Shown here: one piece after another, positions 40,035-47,352 of the stretch | Layout of the letters: each line of letters starts with the position of its first letter | Numbering within the stretch: the first letter of the stretch is position 1 | Source of the DNA: Myxococcota bacterium | Lineage (GTDB): Bacteria > Myxococcota_A > UBA9160 > PR03 | NCBI GenBank assembly: GCA_041611735.1 | Contig: JBFIML010000035.1 | Span: 1-47,352 of the forward strand | Length of the DNA: 47,352 nucleotides | Reading direction: 5' to 3' | The notes under the pieces: model-generated | Seen by the model: only the letters and a program-made list of their open reading frames with translations | Told to the model about the DNA's origin: nothing | Databases searched by the model: none | Position numbers and translations under genes: made by a program

Positions 40035-40819
40035 GCGAAGAATCCGCCATCCGGTTCGAGGCGGTGGGCAAGTCGTACCCCGGCTACGGCTCGCTCAGCG
40101 GTGGGCTCAAGCGCTTCCTGCTGGATGCTCGCAGGGGGCTGCGCGAATTCGCGGCGGACCGCGAGGTGCTTCGCGACGTCTCCTTCACCGTCTGGAAGGG
40201 AGAGGCCTTCGGGATCGTGGGGCGCAACGGCGCCGGCAAGAGCACCCTGCTCGGCCTCGCAGCCGGCGTGCTGGCGCCGAGCCGGGGCTCGGTGCGTGTG
40301 AACGGGCGGGTGGTGCCGCTCCTGGAGCTGGGATCGGGCTTCCATCCGGAGCTGACCGGGCGGGAGAACATCCTCCTGAACGGGGTCCTGCTGGGGCTGA
40401 CGCGCGCGCAGGTCCGCGAGAAGCTGCCGGAGATCGTGGATTTCAGCGAGCTCACCGTCTCGTTGGACCAGCCGATCCGTACCTACTCCATGGGCATGGT
40501 GGCCCGCCTGGCGTTCTCCGTGGCAGCCCACGTCCGGCCGGAGATCCTGCTCATCGACGAGGTGCTGTCGGTGGGCGACGAGATGTTCCAGCGCAAGTGC
40601 GTGGACCGCATGCGCGGGCTGCTGGCTTCGCCGGCGACGATCGTCCTGGTCTCCCACGCGCTGGACCAGCTGGCGGACTTCTGTACCCGAGCGGTCTGGA
40701 TCGAGGAGGGCGAGGTCCGGGAGGTGGGAGCCGCCAAGGAGGTCGTGGAGGCCTATCGGAGCGCCTGCGCCGGGGGCGCCCCGGGACCCGCGGGCAGGGC
40801 GACCGCCGCGAAGCAGTGA
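40031..40819 (+). CDS. wzt: ABC polysaccharide export ATPase (Wzt-like, no C-terminal sugar-binding domain)
   Basis: GRNGAGKST, GFHPELTGRENI, YSMGMVARLAFS and IDEVLSVGD..FQRKC; GTGA overlap. Confidence 0.92.
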   Translation: MSEESAIRFEAVGKSYPGYGSLSGGLKRFLLDARRGLREFAADREVLRDVSFTVWKGEAFGIVGRNGAGKSTLLGLAAGVLAPSRGSVRVNGRVVPLLELGSGFHPELTGRENILLNGVLLGLTRAQVREKLPEIVDFSELTVSLDQPIRTYSMGMVARLAFSVAAHVRPEILLIDEVLSVGDEMFQRKCVDRMRGLLASPATIVLVSHALDQLADFCTRAVWIEEGEVREVGAAKEVVEAYRSACAGGAPGPAGRATAAKQ

Positions 40820-40855
40820 TAGGCTCCTCGGCGGCTGTCGCGGCCGCGAGGCATC

Positions 40856-41722
40856 ATGAAGCTCTGCACCTTCCGCCACGCTGGGAGCGCCCGTCTGGGC
40901 GTCGTGCGCGAGGACGGCATCGTCGACCTGACGGAGGCCGCTCCCGATCTGCCCCGCGAGATGACGCAGCTCCTCGCCGCCGGGGACGCGGCGCTGCGCC
41001 GCGCCGCCAGCGCCGACGCGCGCGCCCGCCTGCCGCTCGACTCCGTGACGCTCGCCGCTCCGGTCCTGCGCCCACCCAAGTTCCTGGCCATCGGCCTGAA
41101 CTACGCCGACCACGTGGCGGAGGCCGGCCTCCAGAAGCCCGAGCACCCCACGGTCTTCAACAAGCAGTCGACCTGCGTCACGGGCCCCCGGGACCCGGTG
41201 CACATGCCGCGGGTTTCCAAGGCGCTGGACTACGAGGGCGAGCTCGGCTTCGTGGTCGGCCGCCGCTGCCGGCACGTACCGCGCGATCGGGCCCATCAAG
41301 TGATCGCCGGCTATCTCGTGGTCAACGACGTCTCCGTGCGGGACTGGCAGCTCCGCATCCCCACCTGGACCATGGGCAAGTCCTTCGATACGCACGGTCC
41401 GCTCGGCCCCTGGCTCACCACTGCCGACCAGGTGGGCGATCCCCACGCCCTGCGCCTGCGCACCTGGGTGAACGGGGAGCTGCGCCAGGACTCGAACACC
41501 AAGCACCTGATCTTTGACTGCTTCGCGCTGGTCGAGCATCTCTCCACCGTGTTCACCCTCGAGCCGGGCGACGTGGTCACCACCGGGACGCCCGGCGGCG
41601 TCGGAATCGCCTGCAAGCCGCCACGCCTGCTCCAGGTGGGCGACGTGGTTCGCGTGGAGATCGACGGCCTCGGGACCATCGAGAACCGGGTGGTGGAAGA
41701 GCCCGAGACCGCTCTTCTCTGA
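40856..41722 (+). CDS. Fumarylacetoacetate hydrolase-family protein
   Basis: IGLNYADH, LDYEGEL, NDVSVRDWQ, GKSFDT and TGTPGGVG. Confidence 0.93.
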   Translation: MKLCTFRHAGSARLGVVREDGIVDLTEAAPDLPREMTQLLAAGDAALRRAASADARARLPLDSVTLAAPVLRPPKFLAIGLNYADHVAEAGLQKPEHPTVFNKQSTCVTGPRDPVHMPRVSKALDYEGELGFVVGRRCRHVPRDRAHQVIAGYLVVNDVSVRDWQLRIPTWTMGKSFDTHGPLGPWLTTADQVGDPHALRLRTWVNGELRQDSNTKHLIFDCFALVEHLSTVFTLEPGDVVTTGTPGGVGIACKPPRLLQVGDVVRVEIDGLGTIENRVVEEPETALL

Positions 41723-41735
41723 GGAGGGATCCCCC

Positions 41736-42647
41736 ATGCCCCTGCACCGCCTGCGGTCCATCGGGATCGGCGTCCCGAACCTGGATGCCGTGCGCGCCTT
41801 CTACCGGGACTTCGGCTTGACGGAGATGGATCGGGGCCGCTTCGAGACCACGGACGGCGGCGAGCAGCTCCAGCTCCAGTCGGCGCCGCGCCGCAATCTC
41901 CTGGCGCTTTGCGTCGGAGTGGACGACCCGGACGACCTCTCTCGCGCCGCGGCGGCCCTGGCCCGTCTCGGCGTCCGCGCCGAGCAGGGCGAGCGGACGC
42001 TGCATGCCGTCGAGCGCGTGACCGGAATCCGCGTCGAGCTCGTCGTCGAGCCGCGCATCGGGCAGAAGCCGGCACCGGCCCTGGCGACGAACGGCCCCGG
42101 TCGCAGCGCGCGCATCGACGCCCGGTCGCCCGCGGTCTTCGAGTGCGCACCCCCGCGACCCCGCCGTCTCGGGCACGTGGTGATCGGCTCGAAGGATGCC
42201 ATCGCCTCGCGGCGCTTCTTCGTCGAAGGGCTCGGCTTCCGCCTGAGCGATCTGGTGCCCGACGTCGGTGCAGCCTTCCTGCGCTGCTCGACCGACCACC
42301 ACAATCTCCTGGTGCAGCCCGCCCCGGTGGGCTTTCTGCACCACACCGCGTGGGAGATGGACGACGTGGACGCCGTGGGCCGTGCGGCCGCCGTCATGGT
42401 GGCCGCGGACCCCGTGCGCCACGTCTGGGGCCTCGGCCGCCACGGCCTAGGCTCGAACTACTTCTGGTACCTGCGCGACCCCGCCGGGAACTTCGCCGAG
42501 TACATGAGCGACCTCGACGTGATCGCGGACGACGAGGCGTGGAAGGTGGCAGCCTCGACCTCCGCGCACCCTCTGGCGGCCTGGGGACCGCCCGTACCCC
42601 CGGCCTTCCTGGCCCCCGAAGACATCGTCGCCCTGGCCCGCGGCTAG
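41736..42647 (+). CDS. VOC-family protein (extradiol dioxygenase-like)
   Basis: RLGHVV, FLRCSTDHH, LHHTAWE and WGLGRH..GSNYFWYLRDPAGNFAEY; GAGGAGG RBS. Confidence 0.88.
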   Translation: MPLHRLRSIGIGVPNLDAVRAFYRDFGLTEMDRGRFETTDGGEQLQLQSAPRRNLLALCVGVDDPDDLSRAAAALARLGVRAEQGERTLHAVERVTGIRVELVVEPRIGQKPAPALATNGPGRSARIDARSPAVFECAPPRPRRLGHVVIGSKDAIASRRFFVEGLGFRLSDLVPDVGAAFLRCSTDHHNLLVQPAPVGFLHHTAWEMDDVDAVGRAAAVMVAADPVRHVWGLGRHGLGSNYFWYLRDPAGNFAEYMSDLDVIADDEAWKVAASTSAHPLAAWGPPVPPAFLAPEDIVALARG

Positions 42648-42650
42648 CCC

Positions 42651-44189
42651 GTGCCGGAGACCGCGGACGTCGCGATCGTCGGGCAGGGTCCGGTGGGACA
42701 GCTGCTGGCCATCCTGCTCGGTCAGCGGGGTTGGCGCGTCCGGGCACTCGAACGCTGGCCCCGTCCGTATCCACTCCCTCGTGCGGTGCACTTCGATCAC
42801 GAGATCGGCCGGGTGCTCCAGGCCGCCGGGGTGGCCGATGCGCTGGCCGGGCGCAGCGAGCCCGCCTCGGTCTACGAGTGGCGCAACGCCGCCGGGGAAG
42901 TCCTGCTCCGGATCGGGCGCGACGCCGAGCGCAGCCTCTCGGGCTGGCCGGAGTCGAACATGTTCAACCAGCCCGAGCTGGAGGGGATCCTCCAGGAGCG
43001 CGTACGCGCCCTGCCCTCGGTCTCCGTGCAGCCCGGATGCCAGGTCGTCGACGTGCGCGAAGACGCGGCCCACGTGGAGGTCACCGCGAGGCGGGAGGAC
43101 GGCGAGGCGGTCGCGGTGCGCGCCCGCTACGGCGTGGGCTGCGATGGCGCGAACAGCTTCGTGCGCACCGCGATGGGTTCGCCCTGGAGCGACCTCGGCT
43201 TCCACTTCGACTGGCTCGTGGTGGACGTGACTCCGAATCAGGCGCACACCTGGGATCCCCTCAACTGGCAGCTCTGCGACCCCGCGCGGCCCACGACGCT
43301 CGTCTCCGGCGGGCCCGGGCGTCGCCGCTGGGAATTCATGCGTCTTCCCCACGAAACCCTCGAAGAGCTCAACCGTGAAGATACGGCCTGGCGCCTGCTG
43401 GAGCCCTGGGACGTGCATCCGGGCAACGCCAAGCTCGAGCGGCACGCGGTCTACACCTTCCGTGCCTGCTGGACCGAGGCGTGGCGCAAGGGCCGGCTCC
43501 TGCTGGCGGGGGACGCGGCGCACCTGATGCCGCCGTTCGCCGGCCAGGGCCTGTGCTCGGGCCTGCGAGATGCCACGAACCTGGCCTGGAAGCTGGACCT
43601 GGTGCTCTCGGGCCGCGCGGGGGAGAACCTGCTCGACAGCTATCCGAGCGAGCGCATCCCGCACGTACGCGGCATGATCGAGTTCTCGGTCGCACTGGGA
43701 AGGGTGATCTGCGTGGCCGATCCCCGCGAAGCGGCGGCCCGGGACCGCCGCATGGCGGCGGACACCCGCGAACGACGCTCGCCGGTTCCCGCCCAGCTCC
43801 CTCCCCTCGGTCCGGGCTTGTTCGCCGACGCGAGCCCGTGCGCCGGCCAGCTGTTCGTGCAGGATCGCGTGCGGCGCGGGAGCGCGACCGGACTGTTCGA
43901 CGACGTGGTGGGGGGCGGCTTCGTCCTCGTGAGCCCCCACGGCGACCCGGGGAAATCCCTGGATCCCGCCTTGGCGGCCTTCTTCGCCTCCCTGGGTGGC
44001 ATCACCGCCCACGTCGCCCCGGACGGCGCCGTGGCGGACCTGAACGGCGGCTACGCGCGCTGGTTCCGCGAGCATGGCGTCTCGGTGGCGCTGCAGCGTC
44101 CGGACTTCTACGTCTTCGGCACGGCGCCGGCGCTCGCCGGCGCCGAAGGCCTCGTCGAGGGGCTGCGCCACAAGCTCACCGCGCGCTGA
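42651..44189 (+). CDS. FAD-dependent aromatic hydroxylase (MhpA-like)
   Basis: GQGPVG, LPRAVHFDHE, FNQPELE, GCDGANS, AGDAAHLMPPFAGQGLCSGLRD and RPDFYVFG. Confidence 0.92.
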   Translation: MPETADVAIVGQGPVGQLLAILLGQRGWRVRALERWPRPYPLPRAVHFDHEIGRVLQAAGVADALAGRSEPASVYEWRNAAGEVLLRIGRDAERSLSGWPESNMFNQPELEGILQERVRALPSVSVQPGCQVVDVREDAAHVEVTARREDGEAVAVRARYGVGCDGANSFVRTAMGSPWSDLGFHFDWLVVDVTPNQAHTWDPLNWQLCDPARPTTLVSGGPGRRRWEFMRLPHETLEELNREDTAWRLLEPWDVHPGNAKLERHAVYTFRACWTEAWRKGRLLLAGDAAHLMPPFAGQGLCSGLRDATNLAWKLDLVLSGRAGENLLDSYPSERIPHVRGMIEFSVALGRVICVADPREAAARDRRMAADTRERRSPVPAQLPPLGPGLFADASPCAGQLFVQDRVRRGSATGLFDDVVGGGFVLVSPHGDPGKSLDPALAAFFASLGGITAHVAPDGAVADLNGGYARWFREHGVSVALQRPDFYVFGTAPALAGAEGLVEGLRHKLTAR

Positions 44190-44206
44190 GCGTCGATCGG
44201 TGCCGA

Positions 44207-45307
44207 ATGCGAACCCGGTGGCTCGACGTTTGCAAGGGACTGGGGATCGTCGCGGTCTACTACGGGCACGTGGTCGGGCGCTTCGGCGGGTACGGAGTGA
44301 CGGCGGCGGTCACGCAGTGGACTGCGATCTACGCCTTCCACATGCCCCTCTTCTTCCTGCTGTCGGGGTATCTGCACAAGACCACGAACCGGAGTGCGGT
44401 CGGGTTGCTGAAGAGGCGGGCCCGGCGGCTCGTCTACCCGATCTGGTTCTTCAACCTCATGTTCCTGCTGGTGAGCATGGCCGTCGTCCTGGCCCTGGGG
44501 CAACCCCTGGACCTGGCCTGGTACGGCAGAGCGCTGCTGAGCTCGTTCCTGACCGGCGAGATCCGCCCGTGTGGACTGACCTGGTTCCTGTATTGCCTGA
44601 TGAGCGTGTTCGTCCTGCACACCCTGCTCGGGGGATGGGCGAAGACGGGAAGCCGCGCCCTGCTGCTGGCGGTCGCCTCTGGGGGCTTCGGCTACTGGGT
44701 GACGCACCCCGAGCAGCAGGCCAACCCGGCCGGAGCGCTGCTTCGCATCTGGTACCTGGACGAGGCGTTCGTCGCCTACGCCTTCTTCCTGGTGGGCCAC
44801 GCGCTCCGGCGTTGGGAAGCCGGGCGTTCCTGGACCCAGTCGACGGGATTGAACCTCGCCGTGGTGGTCGCCTGTGCGGCGGTCTTCCTGGTGACTCTGG
44901 ACTGGAACGAGGGGCCCTTCCGCGCGCACCTGCCGGGCGTCGTGATGGCGCAGCGGGGTCACGGCGGCCTCGCCTTCTTCCTGACGGCCGTCGCCGGGTC
45001 CCTCGTCTTCCTCTACTCGGCGCGTCTGATCGGGCGCAACCGGCCACTCGAGTGGATCGGAGTCAACTCGATCCCCTTCTTCGCACTGAACTCCGCGTTC
45101 TACGGGTGGCTCAATCCGCCGCTGGTGCGCTGGTGGAAGGCCTCCTTCGGGCTTCCCCGGGATCCCTTCGACGTCTTCGGCTGGGTCGGGCTGGTCACGC
45201 TGGCCTCGCTGCTCGCCACGGCGCCCCTGGTCTGGCTGCTGGGCCGGATGGCTCCGACCGCCAGCGGGGCGAGCCGCCGCCCCGACCCCGATCCCCCGGC
45301 CGACTGA
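44207..45307 (+). CDS. Acyltransferase family 3 membrane protein (glycan O-acylation)
   Basis: WLDVCKGLGI...GH, IYAFHMPLFFLLSG and TWFLYCL; about 10 TM helices. Confidence 0.87.
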   Translation: MRTRWLDVCKGLGIVAVYYGHVVGRFGGYGVTAAVTQWTAIYAFHMPLFFLLSGYLHKTTNRSAVGLLKRRARRLVYPIWFFNLMFLLVSMAVVLALGQPLDLAWYGRALLSSFLTGEIRPCGLTWFLYCLMSVFVLHTLLGGWAKTGSRALLLAVASGGFGYWVTHPEQQANPAGALLRIWYLDEAFVAYAFFLVGHALRRWEAGRSWTQSTGLNLAVVVACAAVFLVTLDWNEGPFRAHLPGVVMAQRGHGGLAFFLTAVAGSLVFLYSARLIGRNRPLEWIGVNSIPFFALNSAFYGWLNPPLVRWWKASFGLPRDPFDVFGWVGLVTLASLLATAPLVWLLGRMAPTASGASRRPDPDPPAD

Positions 45308-45506
45308 CCGTGCAGCAGGCCCGACCGGGCAAGCTCGGCCCGCAGTGCGTCCGCCACGACCCGGGGTCCGCGCACGGTCAGGGGACGGTCCCGGGCGTCG
45401 CAGAGGGGGCTCGCCGTGGCGCTCTCCGTCGGACAAGAGGGCCGGGAGCCCTCGAAGAGGTCGCGTGAAGCGGCGTCCCGCGGGACGCGCTCCTGGAGGG
45501 AAGCAC

Positions 45507-46616
45507 ATGAATCCCGGCTTCGGCTCCCTGGCCAACCTGGCGCGGCTGCGCGACTTCGAGCGGCGTCGCGTCTCGTCCTGGGATCGCAGCGGAGGCAACC
45601 GCGACTTCCTTCCCCTGGCCCCGGGCGAGCGCAGCAGCTTTGCCGAGCTCGAAGGGGCCGGCTGCATCAAGCACCTCTGGATGACCACCCTGGCCCTGCC
45701 TCCCGAGGAGCACGAGCTCTGCGGCCTGGTGCTGCGCGCCTTCTGGGACGGCGAGGAGAGCCCGAGCGTCGAGGTGCCGCTCGGAGACTTCTTCGGCGTG
45801 GGCTTCGGCCTGCGCCGCAACTTCGTCTCGCTGCCGCTCCAGATGAGTCCGGAGGACGGACGCGGCATGAACTGCTGGTTTCCGATGCCCTTCGCCGCCG
45901 GGGCGCGGCTCGAGATCGAGAACCAGGGCAGCCACCAGCGCATCGTCTACTTCTACGTGGACTACGAGTCCTACGGCGCGCTGGATCCCGAGCTGGCCCG
46001 CTTCCACGCCTGCTGGAACCGGACGCCGCGCAGCGCGGGGCTGGCGCGCGAGCGCGGCTACACCGCCGCGGACTACGCGGATCTCGGCGCCCGCCTGCGC
46101 GGCCCCTGGGCCGAGCCGAACCTGACCGGCGAGCGCAACTACGTGATCCTCGACGTGCGGGGGCGCGGCCAGTACGTGGGCTGCGTGCTCAACGTGGACG
46201 TCTTCGAACGCCAGCTCAACGACTGGTACGGCGAGGGCGACGACATGATCTTCGTGGACGACGAGTCCTGGCCGCCGCGCCTGCACGGAACGGGCACCGA
46301 GGACTACTTCAACACCGCCTTCTGCCCGACCCAGGAGTACTCCGCCCCCTATCACGGCATCACGGTCTACAGCGGCACGCCGGACTGGCCCTGGAGCGGC
46401 AAGAACTCGATGTACCGCTTCCACGTGGAGGACCCGATCCGCTTCGAGCGCTCGATCCGGGTGACCCTCGAGACCGGCCACGCTAACACCCTGGCCAACG
46501 ACTACTCGAGCACCGCCTACTGGTACCAGGCGGGCCGCACGGCCCCGCGGCCGCCGCTGCCCCCCCTGGCCGCCCGCCTCCCGCGCCCCGCGGGCGGCGG
46601 GCCGGGCCGGACCTAG
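45507..46616 (+). CDS. DUF2961 / glycoside hydrolase family 172 protein
   Basis: SSWDRSGGNRD, PSVEVPLGDFFG, NCWFPMPF, WYGEGDDMIF, GTGTEDYFN, YRFHVEDPI and STAYWYQ; GGAGG RBS. Confidence 0.9.
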   Translation: MNPGFGSLANLARLRDFERRRVSSWDRSGGNRDFLPLAPGERSSFAELEGAGCIKHLWMTTLALPPEEHELCGLVLRAFWDGEESPSVEVPLGDFFGVGFGLRRNFVSLPLQMSPEDGRGMNCWFPMPFAAGARLEIENQGSHQRIVYFYVDYESYGALDPELARFHACWNRTPRSAGLARERGYTAADYADLGARLRGPWAEPNLTGERNYVILDVRGRGQYVGCVLNVDVFERQLNDWYGEGDDMIFVDDESWPPRLHGTGTEDYFNTAFCPTQEYSAPYHGITVYSGTPDWPWSGKNSMYRFHVEDPIRFERSIRVTLETGHANTLANDYSSTAYWYQAGRTAPRPPLPPLAARLPRPAGGGPGRT

Positions 46617-47352
46617 CAGTGGTCCGATCCCGTCAGCTCCTTCGGTGAGCATCGTGGCCGAGAGCGGTCGCGGGGGCTCCTCCCGGGACCAGTTGTCGGG
46701 CACGGTCTCCCCGGCAAACACCCGTTCGCGCATGCCCGGCTTGAGGAGGGTGTCGCGGGTGAAGAAGCCCCAGCCGTCGTCGCTGCCCTTGAAGGGCTCG
46801 TCGAAGACGGAGAAGTAGTAGACCTCCACCCCCGTCGCGCGGATGAAGGAGGTGAGATTGAGCAGGAAGTGGATCTGGTTCGCGGGGGAGGGTACCGCCG
46901 CACCGTTCACCGGGCCGAAGCTCTTCCACCCGGTCTCGCTCACGATCACCCGCTTCCCGGGATGGGCGGCGACGAGCCGCAGGTACTGCTGATACACCCA
47001 CGGCACCGCCTGCGTGACGTCGATCCCATCCCAGTACGGGTGGATGTGGGCGAGGACCAGGTCGGATGCGGCCGCCACCTCGGGGTGGGCCAGCAGCACG
47101 GGATACGCCTCGGAGGTGCCGACCGGCTTGTCCGGGACCGCGGCCTTCACCTGCTGGATGTAGGCGATGAGCTGCGCGGGCGTCACGTCTCCGCGCAGGA
47201 GGGCCTCGGATCCCACCACGAGCACGTCCGAGAACGGAGCCATGGTGATGAGCGCGCGGACCTGCTCCTGATTGGCCGCCTCGTCGCGGCCGATCCAGGC
47301 GCCGGCCAGGACGGTCCGGAATCCGAGTCGCTTCGCCAGCCAGGGAGCGGCC
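46613..47352 (-). CDS. Glycoside hydrolase family 17 (beta-1,3-glucanase-like); 5' end outside window, 3' end apparently frameshifted
   Basis: GAWI, VGSEALLR, HIHPYW, VSETGW and YFSVFDEPFK...WGFF; the frame has no stop until 45378. Confidence 0.8.

Overview
A very GC-rich, gene-dense bacterial window with about 37 protein-coding genes and no recognisable rRNA, tRNA, CRISPR array, integrase or transposase. The gene mix suggests a Myxococcota-like organism (inference). The left part is mostly housekeeping and metabolism: a PLP aminotransferase, PP2C phosphatase, asnS, a penicillin-acylase gene coupled to lutABC, a large MscS, corA, an SDH/ClpP-class protease, a beta-CASP nuclease and a REC-PAS-GGDEF-EAL protein. 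The most notable locus is a translationally coupled pair at 30069-31897 (-): a SAM methyltransferase (CpaM-like) and a fused HgcAB-like corrinoid/membrane/ferredoxin protein with an NVWCAA cap-helix motif, a probable methyl-transfer module of unknown substrate. Second, a fused MFS/spermidine-synthase gene is bracketed by a 61-bp direct repeat (56/61 identical) that encodes the 3' end of a decayed cytochrome c gene, suggesting an insertion scar. The right part holds an LVIVD beta-propeller protein, an orphan wzm/wzt pair, a FAH-VOC-MhpA-like aromatic cluster, an acyltransferase-3, a DUF2961/GH172 protein and a GH17 gene that appears to lack a proper stop. All calls come from motif recognition by eye; no searches were run.
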